Below are positions 1 through 12,111 of a stretch of 64,000 nt of DNA, one piece after another. Numbering within the stretch: the first letter of the stretch is position 1; every line of letters starts with the position of its first letter. Both the position numbers and the translations under genes were made by a program. This stretch comes from Macrostomum lignano (lineage: Eukaryota). The stretch is from assembly GCA_002269645.1 (NCBI GenBank), contig NIVC01003393.1:1-64000 (forward strand). The letters are read 5' to 3'. The notes under the pieces were generated by a model. The model saw only the letters and a list, made by a program, of their open reading frames with translations, made no database searches and was not told where the DNA came from.

Positions 1-277
1 AAACGCTACCGAATCTAAACCCCTCAAACGAATCTAAACCCCCTGCTGAATCTAAACCCTACCGAATCTTAACCCTACCGAATCTAAACCCTACCGAATC
101 TAAACCCTACCGAATCTAAACCCCTTACTGAATCGAATCCGTACCGAATCTAAACCCCTCAAATGAATCTAAACCCCCTGCAGAATCTAAACCCTACCGA
201 ATCTAAACCCCCTGCTGGATCTAAACCCTACCGAATCTAAACCCTACCGAATCTAAACCCTACCGAATCTAAACCCT
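1..277. repeat. 16-bp minisatellite (CCCTACCGAATCTAAA)n, in a PLC intron
   Basis: Direct tandem copies; contains the telomere-like TAAACCCTA. Confidence 0.9.
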
Positions 278-314
278 GAAGCTATTTGTTACATTGAACA
301 GCACAATCGCTCAC

Positions 315-3300
315 CGCTAGTTGGCATGAGCATCGAACTCCAGACGGCTAACTTCTGGCAAGGTGATCAGATCGGATAGCTCCTGCTGAGCCTGATTTCT
401 CGACCGTGACCGACCTAGCATAATTGATTTGCATCAATTTAGTTGAGATCCCGAAAATTATAGTTCAAATTGCCCAAGTATAGTTGTTGGGGCGCCAAGG
501 TGTGGTGTTGGGCGCCAAAGCATGGGCACTGCTCACCGGGAACTCACCCGCTTCTTTGTCTGGTCCCTCCGTACGTCAATTCTCTCATCGTCCTCGCTGA
601 TGTAGCCATAGCCATTACTTTCCTCTCCGCTGTTGCCGCCCCCGTTTTCACCCGTTGCCATAGGCAACGCGCGGCCCTTGATGAGGACTCGGCGCGCAGG
701 CCGCTAGGGCTGGCAAAGGCGCCACTTGCCCGAGCCGGCAGCAGGCAGTCGCCCAGCTGATCGCGAAATGCTGAGCGAGCGCGGATTGTTGGCCAGACCG
801 CAGTGAGTCTCCAAGCGATGATTAGCGGCATGCTTGAGAGTTTAAGTTGTTTGAGAATCTTTGTGTATGTGCGTTCCAACTGTAGATCTAAGTCTAATGT
901 AGGTTTATTGCCGCGGAACAGTTATGTACGTTTTATTCAAATGTAATGTCGTCCAGTCTACCTTTTAATTTGTGAAGCACGCTTCCTCATTTCAATATTT
1001 TATAAGTGTACATTCCAATCCACATCTATGTACAGTTTACTGCAATGTATCATACGAGCTACATTCCAGAGAATGTACGCGTCATTCCGGTACACATTCA
1101 AGAGTCTAATGTACTCGTAAATTTTATTTGAAAGTAAATTCGATTTGTCGGATTTCCATCCTCCAAATCATCCAAGCTCAGTGGCGCTCCGCGGTCTTCT
1201 CTCTGGCTCGGCACTCCGGAAGCTTGCCCTCGACGCTTGCCAGCCCAACGCCTACGCCGAAGCCTGCCGCATCCTCCTGGCCAACTACGCCGATCCCAGG
1301 AGCAAAAAACTTCTCCTTCCGGCGCCTTTTCGCTCTCCACTGCAGCTCCGCCTCCGACCCGGACGAGCTCGAGAATTTCACCGACGCCCTCCTTCTCACC
1401 ACCGGCCAGCTACTCCCCCTAGGTGAGCTTGCCTGCACCCTCGACAGCCACGTCTACGCACTCTGGAACCGCACAAGCCCGCAGCACCGGCAATCGCCTA
1501 TCGTCGGGCGCCGTAGTTTAGTTCCACTGCCAGCCAAGAGCCCAGAAGTTCTTGTCCCTATAGTGACGTCAGTCAGCTTCTTATCGGCCCTAACGTACCC
1601 GCACTAGCGCTTTGACCGACTCTAACGGCCAACCTGACGCTCTTCGGCGCCATCCTCAACGGCTGCCTCGACACTACAGCCTCTCATCTCAACGGCTTCC
1701 TCGGCTCCTCGCAAGTGGTCACTACGAACAATTTCCTTAACAAGAATGGGCTTCACCTCGACCGACTCCTGTACCGCATGTTCAACCTCGAAGCTCTTGG
1801 CATAGCTGGAAAGCCTGACCCCAAGAATGACAGACTTACTGAGCGCCTGCTCGACTCCATTACGCGCGATACTGACGGTCGAATCTCGGTCGACCTGCCT
1901 AAGTCTCCCGGAGCGAGAAGCCTACTACGTAGAGTTCGAAAAGTGAAAGTCGAAGTTTTATAGCGAGTCAACCTCAGACGAGACAGCGGGCAGATCCTTC
2001 ACGTCCAACCGCACTTCCCTGTCATCATCAAAAGTGTGCCGAATTCTGTAGCTGCACCCAGACCCAGACAATAACTAATAGAAGAACGAGCGGTTAGTGG
2101 GAAGGAATCAGAAGAAGAGAAGCAGGGGTGAAGGGCCGCGAGTTGAACCTGTATTTTATACTAAATAGCAAACAGGGTAGCTGAAATGTCTGTGGCAAAT
2201 TAACGGTTGTGATAGTCTGCGGGAAAAGCGTGGTAGACGAAGGGAGTCGGCTAACTCAAAGTACGAGGCTGTATTGCAAAACAGAAAGTACAAATATTTG
2301 GAGGATGGAAATCCGACACGAATCTATATGGAGTTCACTTCTATGAAATTAGAGTGCGTTTCTAGATATATGGATTGATATTTGTGACTCATGCTTTCTC
2401 GAGTCATAATTTGTTAAAATCCGTATGTCATTGGTACTTTTATTACTTTAGTTAGTTTTTGATTACTACAAGCGTAGTAAGCTTTTCTATTTGTTCTAAT
2501 AAAGACTATATGAGTAAGACAGTAAATAGGATTTACTCGTAAATGAAAAAGCCCATAAACGCAATTCGTTATTCATGCCGAAGGACAATCTATATACGCT
2601 CGTACTACTTTAAACGAATATTGAAGCAACTCACCCAGATTCTAAACATCTAAACCCTAGATTGCAGATATTGTTTTAAAAAAGCAAATTGAAAAGCTAC
2701 AGAAATTGAAGACAATCATTCAATAGAATGTACAGATTCAGATGAGGCTCAGCAAACGAAGTCTCTTTCAATTGCAGTGAAGAATAAATAAATTTGAATG
2801 ATGAATACAGCTGGTCCATCTATTGCTCTCTTTTCTTCTTTTTAGTTCAACAATGTTACAAGTGCATTGCACCCATGGTAAAATGGAAAGTCTATACTTA
2901 TATTTAAACTCTTTTGTTTAAATTTAAAGCAGCTTTTTTCACTCACGAACTTAAATAGAAAGGACTGGATATGGACTTTGTTTTTTTCTAATTGACGAAA
3001 ATAAATCGCATAAGCATACACTAGCTAAGTATTTTCGATAAAGTGAATTTTCCCTATTTTTAAACAAAAAACCGGTATACTTACGTCTTAGATAGTGTAT
3101 TTCTATTTGTTTATAACTTAATAGCCCTGAATAATTTGGTGTAACCTAATATAATGCATTGAAATAGAACGGTATAATAAGTATAATGTTTTAACATCAT
3201 AGTTTATAATATTTAAAAGATTTATGAGCAATATAACAATCCCAAAGAATCTGAATTAATCCAGAGATAAGAAATCATTCACTCACTCTGTACCGTGGAA

Positions 3301-5685
3301 AGCGTACTGTCGAATAGTGCTCAGAGCATCCACAGCCAGAATCTTGCTAGTGAGCGTGCGGCCGTGATACACCACTGGCTGGCCGTCCGGTCCGTCCCAG
3401 ATTTCCACTGAAGGCGCACACATGGGTGAGGGGTTGGTTGCTTGGTGATGGGTTAGCTATATAGTGTTGAAAAGGAAGTGAACTAAACTAATGTTGGACT
3501 TTAGGCAGAAGGGTGATAAGCACTGGCGAACACATCAAGGTTATTGGAGCAGTCCCCTAGAGCGTCAAAAGAATATTTTATGGACAACTGACGTAAGCTA
3601 GGGCGCCACACCCAATTTTCTTAGAAATCGCTAGCGCTTTTAATACTCTATCGACCGAATTTGTCTATGGCAAGACCCCATTCAGCGCTATGCGTTCTCT
3701 AGAGCATACTACAGCGGATGATCCATAATCCTCCGTGTTGATATTCCACACGAGTCGTTTTATTGAAGTCAGAGTGAGAGGCGAGACAGAGTTAAAAAGG
3801 CCACGCAGCTCCTTTTGAAATTGGATAGGGGTAGCTGGAATTGAAGGATACAGCTAGAGGCTTAAAACAATGTACTTTTCAGCTAATCCCAGTGCCCTCA
3901 AGGATCTAAGCACAGCACAAGACAATAAGTGCTGGAAAGTGTACATACATCTGCTCTCACTCACACTCAATATATCGAATTCGGTCTTTCAGAGCTCGCT
4001 CGTAGCACTCGCAGCTGGATTCGCTTCTCAGCTGATCGCCGGTCAGAAATCTGGAAATATTGAAACTGACTAATTTTTGTCCCCACCTGTCCAGATTCTG
4101 GTTTTTAGATGGTGTCTAGAAATAGACGTTTAGATGTGCACCGCAACAGGCAAATGTTTTCTATTTTTAGCTTCAGCTATTTCTGACATTCCCAAATTCC
4201 CAGATGCAAAACTTGTCAAATCAATTTACATGTTTGCCAATTCCAAAAGAATACCATATCGATAAAAGTAGTTAGATCAATATTCACTGGAGGGCTGTAG
4301 GCCCCCTGGTGCAACGCCTTCCAATGCACAACCAGCGCTGGCTCCTGAGCACACAAGCTCGCCAATACTGTACACAGGCACGCACTCACACACGCTCACA
4401 CAGGGTGTACAGCAGCCCTGACTGTCTAATCGTCAGCATGTGCACTCTCTGTGCCGGGAGTCGATGAGAATTCTATCTGGGTTGCTCACGTTTTGTGAGA
4501 AGCGCTGATGAAGTAGTGCGCTAGAGGCTGATCCATGTCCTGGCAGACTCTGCGATGCTCGGGTCCATGATGTCGCAGTGGTCAGACTGCAGGTAGGCAG
4601 TGAAACCTGGTGAGGTTTTTATTACTTTTTAATTAGCTAATTATGAACTAAGACATGCTTTAACAGCTTCTCGATTTATTTTTTACCAATTAATTCTATC
4701 GAAATCCCACGATCGCAGATCTAGTCCCGTTGAAATCCAATAATTACAAATCCAATCCAATCAAAATCCCTTTACCACACCAATAAAATCCCATAGAATC
4801 CCAGTCCTCATTGAGCACTGTTCTCACTCACCGTCGAGTCCCAGCTGACCGCAGCGCCTGCCCTCGGCAGACGGCTCAAACTGGTTGATCAGCTCAGCGC
4901 ACTGCTCCTTGGTGATTTTCGGATTCTGGGTCAAGGCAATTGGCGGCAAGTCAGGTGACTATTTGCGATGCAAGAACAACAAGTACAAAATACACCATCT
5001 AGCGAAGGGGTCGGCAAATTGTTTTACTTCAAGAGCCGGATAGAGAACCTAGCCATTACTGCGAGAATGGGGAGGGGAGAGATGAGAGAGATGAGAGATA
5101 GGAGAAAGGAGAGGCGAGGGGCGAGAGGTGAGGCGAAAAGAGAGGAGAGGAGATATGAAACAGGGAAGAGAGGGGAGAGAAGGGATAAGAGAATGGAGAG
5201 GAGAGAAGAGAGGACGAGAGGAGAGGAGAGGAGAGGCGAGTAGAGGTGAGGAGAGGAGAGGAGAGGAGAAAGAGGAGAGGAGAGGAGAGGAAAGGAGAGA
5301 AGAGAAGAGGAGAGGAGATTAGAGGAGAGGAGAGGAGAGGAGAGGAGAGGAGGAGAGGAGAGGAGAGGAGAGGAGAGGAGAGGAGAGGAGCGAAGAGGAG
5401 AAGAGAAGAGAGGAGAGGAGAGGAGAGGAGAGGAGAGGAGAGGAGAGGAGAGGAGAGGAGAGGAGAGGAGAGGAGAGGAGAGGAGAGGAGAGGAGCGAAG
5501 AGGAGAAGAGAAGAGAAGAGAGGAGAGGAGAGGAGAGGAGAGGAGAGGAGAGGAGAGGAGAGGAGAGGAGAGGAGAGGAGAGGAGAGGAGAGGAGAGGAG
5601 AGGAGAGGAGAGGAGAGGAGAGGAGAGGAGAAGAGAGGAGAGTAGAGGAGAGAGAGGAGAGGAAAGGAGAGGAGAGTAGAGGGAG

Positions 5686-5723
<38 letters not shown>

Positions 5724-8700
5724 AGAGAAGAGAGGAGAGAGAAGAAAAAGAGAGAGATAATATTAGAGAGAACAGAGCTGGGAAGAGACAAACCTTGAGC
5801 AGGCCGGACTGCTATTGCGAAGTTTCGAAGGACCCGAGGGCCGGACAGAGACTTTACGGACCGCATGTGGCCCGTGGTCATTTTCTGACCTTTCTTATAT
5901 TTTTTACTTTAAGTGAACACGAAGTCAGAAATTAACGTGGTGCATATTATAACATCTAAACTTTCCTGTTCTCAAAATGGTTCGGCCCTATTGGATTCAA
6001 TTTTGGGTTACAATAAACTCCTTAATCCCCATCATCGCCGTATCATCTCACCCCCTGCTCTGCCTCGATGAAGCTGTGCAGATCGCCCACTGACAGGCAA
6101 TCGCCATCTGATGAGTATCTGCGGGCAGGCAGTCGATGGATTCTGTCAGTCAGGGACGCCTAGAAAAGCTAGAAATCTGGATTAGAAACAGAGCTCTGAC
6201 TTCACGTGGGTCATTTTTTCATAATGAATTTATTTAGAAATTTGAAAAAAATACAATTCATAGAAATATTCAGTAATTATATAGAAAATTTTTTTTTAAG
6301 CCTCGAGAATATTTGATTTTTCATCACTATTATTTGAGAACTTTGTAAGGGTGCCGGTGCAGCTGACGGGAGCTAGATGATGAAGCTTATCGCAAGATGA
6401 GATCGGTGAGGCTGGAATTATCCCGCGGGAGTCCCACAATACAGATCCGGATCGAGAGATTTGGGGGTGGTTTGCGCAGCTGGGATGTGCTCAAGGCCGG
6501 TGCACAGCCCACCTGTTGATCAGGGCGCTCACGCGATGCTCAGTCAACACAGGTGATACCTGCTGGCCGACTGCGATTTAAGAAATTCTCTTTGACAATT
6601 CTCTCTGCCGACAGGGATGTGAATTTTTATCAGTAAAAGTTCTGCTCAAATTTTGCCATTATGAACTCAATTTCGGCCTTTAAACTGAGCTTTTGTGTGC
6701 TATGCTATGTTGCCAATATTTTTATTGTATAAACCACAGTTCTGTGGTATAAAATATAAATATACATAATTCAATACAGTATGAATAACTTCAAGAGCTA
6801 ATAGGAAAGTGCTTGTAGCTAGGGAAGTGTTTTGCAGATATGGGGGAGCGGATTGCAGATATTGGGCAGCTGATTGCAGATATGGGGGAGTGGATTGCAG
6901 ATATTGGGCAGCTGATTGCAGATATTGGGCAGCTGATTGCAGATATTGGCAGCTGATTGCAGATATTGGGCAGCTGATTGCAGATATTAGACAGCTGATT
7001 GCAGATATTGGGCAGCTGATTGCAGATATTGGCATCGGACTGCAGCCCAACCTGACTAGCAGGAAGTAGATCTCGGGCCTGGTGGAAATCTCCTTGAAGA
7101 GGCTCGCGAACTCGGCGCTGTTCAGCCGGCCGGGCGATGCCACGGGATTCAGCAGGTCCGCCTCCTGCAGTTTGCAAGAGAAGGGCTCGCACCGTATTTA
7201 CAATTTGAGGACAAGATTATTTTAAAGCATCCTTAACGCAATTGCGAACCTTCAGTTTTGTCCGAATTCGAATGGAGTTCACGCCGGAGTTGAATTTCTT
7301 CACCAGCTGGATTGCCTCCCGCTCGTCCAGGAGGCCTTCGCTGTCTGGGGAGGCCGCTGAGAACAGCTCCTCCAGCCAGCTGCGGGGATGTACAGGTAGT
7401 TTTATGAACAGACCCCTATCTTCTCTTAGAACTCATGATTTTGTGTCTAATGCGATTAAGAGTCAACTGACTCCGGCCTTCTTACCAAAATCTGCCATAG
7501 AGTCTGAGATGTAAATAAGGTCAACTGACCTCTGACTACTATGAAAGTCTGACGATAATAGGGGGTCCAACTGACCCCTGACTTTTATGAAGGTCTGAGA
7601 ATACAAGGAAAGGGTCAACTGACCCCCGACTTTAATGAAGGTCTGAGAATACTAGGAAAGGGTCAACTGACCCCGACTTCTATGAAGGTCTGAGGATACT
7701 AGGGGGGTCAACTAACCCCTGACTTCTATAAAAGTCTGCCTTCAAGGCTGGGTGATAAGTGGGGGTCAATTGACCCCTGACTTCTATGAAGGGTTGAGGA
7801 TACTACGGGGAGTCAACTGACCCCTGACTTCTATGAAGGGTTGAGGATACTACGGGGAGTCAAGTGACCCCAAATTTTATGAAGGTCTGAGGATACTACG
7901 GGGGTCAACCGACCCCTGACTTCTATAAAAGTCTGCCTAAAGGCTGGGGTGATAAATTGGGGTCAATTGACCTCTGGATACTGTGGAAGGGTCTGTATTT
8001 GTACTATCCTATTATGCATGTATCAAATGTCTGCATTGGTATCTGAGAATACTAAAGAGAGGTCAATTGAACATTATGAATACATGTAAAAGTCTATTTT
8101 AGCAATAAAGAAAACAAAGAAGGTCAACTGACCCCCTGATTTCTAGATTTCTATGAAAGTTACACCGTAGTATCTGGCGATAGTAGGGAGGTACAACTGC
8201 CTCAACTGACTCCTATGATGTCTACAGCTACATCAAAAGTCAGCGGAATCTGGAAGACCCTTGAAACATTGTAGAAAGTTGAAGAGCTCTTACCGGTCCC
8301 GCATGAGCTGCGGCCTGTCGTGTCCCGCTTCGCCAGTAGCATCTGGGTGCAATATTAAAGATAGGTAATCATTGATTGTGCACAGAGCACTCTAAGCACA
8401 TTTAAGTTATCACCCCTCAGATTAATCAAGTTATCACCCCTCAGATTACTCAAGTTATAACCCTCAGATTACTCAAGTTATCACACCTTAAAATACTCAA
8501 GTTATCACCCCTAGTATGCTCAAGTTATCATCCCTTAGAATACTCAAGTTATCACCCCTCAGATTACTCCCTCCAACCAACGCCTCTGACGCCCTTCCCG
8601 ATCAGATCGCACCTTTCTGGCCATTGATGAGGCAGCCCAGGCCGTGACCCACACGCTGGCAGCGTCCACCAATGCCGTCACCAGGTCGATGCAGCGCTGC

Positions 8701-10787
8701 TTGGTTTCGACGTGCCGCCGCCGATTCTGCCCGAAGTCTCAATCACGATGGTGAAGGCGCAGTCAGGCGACTGCGTGGCGGCGACGCTGCTCCCGCGAAG
8801 TGCCGCCGTAGTCCGACCACGGCGGACTTCTTTGAGATCGGCGACTGACACTGAGTGATTTAGTGAGGGTGGGTTGGGTGGACAGAAGGGTCTGGGACTA
8901 ACGAGCTTAAACTTTGATTATCGCGTGACCCAGCGATGCGAAAACCTTCAGCTCTATGGGAATTGGAAATGCACTTGAGCGTGATGCCAACTTTTTAAAC
9001 CTTCTTCGCACTGTTATCAAATTCTTCTCAATTCTGGAATTCCTCAGGTTATTTGAATCTAAAATGTATTTGGTAAAAAAGTAGCCTTTCAAAAGTTAGG
9101 GTTTTAGACTTTTGACTCCCAGTGTCTTTTTACTGGCAGTGTCTTTTGACTGGCAGTGTCTTTTGACTGGCAGTGTCTTTTGACTGCAGTGTCTTTTGAC
9201 TGGCAGTGTCTTTTGACTGGCAGTATCTTTTGACTGGCAGTGTCTTTTGACTCCCGGTGTCTTTTGACTGGCAGTATCTTTTGACTGGCAGTGTCTTTTG
9301 ACTGACAGTGTCTTTTGACTCCCGGTGTCTTTTGACTGGCAATGTCTTTTGACTGGCAGTGTCTTTGACTGGCAGTGACTTTTGATTGCCAGTTGCGGAC
9401 TGCCGACGATTTAAGGTTAGGGTTTATGTGGGTTAGGGTTTAGGTGGGTTAGGGTTTAGGTGGGTTAGGGTTTAGGTGGGTTAGGGTTTAGGTGGGTTAG
9501 GGTTTAGGTGGGTTAGGGTTTAGGTGGGTTAGGGTTTAGGTGGGTTAGGTTTAGGTGGGTTAGGGTTTAGGTGGGTTAGGGTTTAGGTGGATTAGGGTTT
9601 AGGTGGGTTAGGGTTTAGGTGGGTTAGGGTTTAGGTTAGGGTTTAGGTGGGTTAGGGTTTAGGTGGGTTAGGGTTTAGGTGGGTTAGGGTTTAGGTGGGT
9701 TAGGGTTTAGGTGGGTTAGGGTTTAAGTTAGGGTTTAGGTGGGTTAGGGTTTAGGTGGGTTAGGGTTTAGGTGGGTTAGGGTTTAGGTGGGTTAGGGTTT
9801 AGGTGGGTTAGGGTTTGGTGGGTTAGGGTTTAGGTGGGTTAGGGTTTAGGTGGGTTAGGGTTTAGGTGGGTTAGGGTTTAGATGGGTTAGGGTTTAGGTT
9901 AGGGTTTAGGTGGGTTAGGGTTTAGGTGGGTTAGGGTTTAGGTGGGTTAGGGTTTAGGTTAGGGTTTAGGTGGGTTAGGGTTTAGGTGGGTTAGGGTTTA
10001 GGTGGGTTAGGGTTTAGGTTAGGGTTTAGGTGGGTTAGGGTTTAGGTGGGTTAGGGTTTAGGTTAGGGTCGGCAGTCGAATTGTGTCAGTCAAAAGTCGC
10101 AGACCTAAAGAATTGATCGATTTTGGTTTTAAGCAAAGTACAAATGGAGACTGCCAAGAGATAGATGACAACTCAATAGAAATTAAAGCTTCATTAATAT
10201 TGGTCTGGAAGATTCCATAAAGGTACAGAATTGAAAGACGAAATAAAAATAGGAAGAGTATAAAGAAGTCAAATGCAGCTCAAACACTCGGGAATCTTTT
10301 TTCTGATCGACAGCTCATATAGCTTAGCCACTCGCTTTCTCAGATCCTCTGTCCGAGTAGTTGACATTGGGATGAAAGAGGATCAATTTAAGCCCAAAAA
10401 ATCCACCCAGCCAGCCCAAAAGACAGCTTAACAAGCTAGAGGTAATTCTTTTAGCCGAAATCCGGCTTACCTGAGCCCCAAGGATTAATTAACTTTCACC
10501 TGAAGGGAGAATATTTATAACAAAGTCAGTGAGTGACAGGTTAAGGCAAAAGTTTCGACTAAGAAGATTAACTCAGAGGACTATTCGCTAGCCTACTAAT
10601 GGTCGCTCCAGAGAAAATTATTTGCTTTTTGCCAGGCTGTCTCGACCCTCCCGTATCGAACGGCTGCCCCCATCAGGTTGAGGAAAATATTATACTGACT
10701 ATTCAACTGTAAGCATCAAAAAGAGGGAGCCGAATCAGTCCTCCGGGCTGCTCGGGTTTCTTATCGTCTTTTTGGGCGGGGTTTCCT

Positions 10788-10856
<69 letters not shown>

Positions 10857-12111
10857 AGGGGATTGGGGAATAGGTATTCTGAGTTACCCAAACCCGCCAC
10901 CGCGAGTATCTACAGTGTGGTGTGTGTGTGTGTGGTGTGTGTGTGTGTGTCAGCGCAGCCGAGCAGAGTTTGTCCATGATGATGCGGGAAGGAGGTACTC
11001 AGACTGGCCAAGATCGGTGGCGCCTACAGGAGACGCACCGGGCGTTGGCTGCTGGGGCGTGGCTGGCCCTGCAATATCGATTCCCATATATCTTATAGCA
11101 TCCTGTTGACACCGCCACGCGGCCTCATGCACGCTAAACTGTTTTCCATATAGCTGTTGCTGCTGGCTCCGTCAGGAAAATAAAAAGCGGTATTTTTAGA
11201 AAGAAAAACAACAAAACCGCTAAATGAGGGGAAGGGGGTCTTCGTGCGGTTGACAAGTTCACCTGCAGCTTTGTGCGGCTTCTTAGACGATGGCCACCAA
11301 CGAATTTCCATGGCCTCCAGGTCAAGGTAGAAGTGGCGCTTGTAGTGCCGGCCGTTCGACCTAATTTTGAACATCTCTGTGCCCTCTTGCATATAGTTGA
11401 GACAGTCGAGTGCTGCAAATATTTAGGGGAATGAAGCCTTAGATTGGAACAGGATGATCCATGATTATGAGGGGTTATACCTTTATGATTATGAGGGGTT
11501 ATACCTTTATGATTATGAGGGGTTATACCTTTATGATTATGAGGGGTTATACCTTTATGATTATGAGGGGTTATACCTTTATGATGAAGTTATTATTTTG
11601 ACGATAGTTGTTTTTAGTTTTGATCTGTGTGTAGTCCGTACGTGTGATTCAAATGGTTTGTGCACAAAGCAAGGCTACCGCTGCATCGGACTTGAACTCA
11701 ATTTAAGGCTGATTTGAGACGCGAAACTATGAAAAAATGCAGAAAATATTTTTAAGTATAATTTGTTAGATAGCGCGTAGATATAAAAGATTTCTATTGT
11801 TGCAGTGCCTAAAACACTAATAAAATGAATAAATTATGCTTATTGACTACACTGCACTATACCAACCGATACTTACCATCGACGACCTTAATTTTTGGTT
11901 CATTCGATGTTGCTAAGAAGGACACTTCTTTCTTGCGGTGTCCAACAATGGTGCCTTCCGCTGAAAGCCGATCGCCCTGGAATATTGGCTTAGGCACACT
12001 ATCCTTTGACGCTTCAGTAATTGCTTCTTCTTCCGTATTCAATAAACTTTCACTCAAATCCTCGTCATTATTGTTTAGACTTTCACTCTTCTCATGCACT
12101 GGACTCGACAT
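315..12111 (-). CDS. Phosphoinositide phospholipase C, PRIP/PLC-L-like (PH, EF-hand, X domain and start of Y); 3' part lies beyond the window start; apparent frameshifts
   Basis: Exons (minus): 12111-11877, 11412-11263, 8850-8613, 8342-8294, 7379-7250, 7164-7052, 6118-6052, 4925-4832, 4606-4490, 4050-3965, 3407-3287, 832-548, 414-315. All have AG/GT borders, with compatible phases once single missing bases are restored. Peptides include [36 protein letters not shown] (PH), [11 protein letters not shown] and FIEAEQG (EF), [43 protein letters not shown] (X domain) and ELSDLI (Y start). Confidence 0.9.
1146..2318 (+). mobile_element. Internally deleted BEL/Pao-like retroelement remnant bounded by a 23-bp inverted repeat, in a PLC intron
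   Basis: ORF 1715-1963 ([16 protein letters not shown]...[18 protein letters not shown]) resembles the BEL/Pao protease-RT linker. 2035-2318 is a TGT...ACA LTR-like segment. 1146-1168 is the exact reverse complement of 2296-2318. Confidence 0.55.
4333..4470 (+). repeat. Dispersed repeat family with core CTCACACAGGGTGTACAGC
   Basis: Related copies at 34646-34675 (-), 37497-37600 (-) and 63885-63960 (+). Class unknown, possibly a SINE. Confidence 0.7.
5022..5860 (-). mobile_element. Small dispersed element with an internal, greatly expanded (CTCCT)n microsatellite
   Basis: Both unique flanks align to 53940-54236 (+): ccggccctcgggtcct...gcctgctcaaggttt and gcagt...tatc.ggct...gtaaaa. A partial third copy is near 13550-13590. 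Confidence 0.7.
6830..7030. repeat. 21-bp minisatellite (GCAGATATTGGGCAGCTGATT)n
   Basis: About 9 copies beginning about 20 nt from a PLC donor site. Confidence 0.9.
7520..8220. repeat. Degenerate ~45-bp tandem repeat built from palindromes
   Basis: Unit is approximately GGGGTCAACTGACCCCTGACTTCTATGAAGGTCTGAGGATACTA. Confidence 0.8.
8400..8568. repeat. 24-bp minisatellite (AAGTTATCACCCCTCAGATTACTC)n
   Basis: About 7 copies. Confidence 0.85.
9110..9390. repeat. 17-18-bp minisatellite (GACTGGCAGTGTCTTTT)n
   Basis: About 15 copies abutting, and resembling, the left inverted repeat of the MITE-like element. Confidence 0.9.
9375..10100. mobile_element. MITE-like element: imperfect 33-bp inverted repeats enclosing a telomere-like 16-bp array
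   Basis: 9375-9407 matches the reverse complement of 10068-10100 at 24/33 positions. The core 9413-10067 is about 41 x GGGTTAGGGTTTAGGT. Confidence 0.65.
10789..10850. repeat. (CA)n microsatellite
   Basis: About 30 perfect units; further TG tracts at 10915-10950. Confidence 0.95.
11457..11585. repeat. 24-bp minisatellite (ATGATTATGAGGGGTTATACCTTT)n
   Basis: 5 near-perfect copies plus a partial copy. Confidence 0.9.

Noticed and set aside
9413-10067. True telomere or chromosome-fusion scar
   Set aside because: The unit is a 16-bp variant in one orientation, lies inside an intron, and is enclosed by inverted repeats.
10950-11132. 60-aa GC-rich ORF in PLC intron 2 as an alternative exon
   Set aside because: No convincing donor site or homology.
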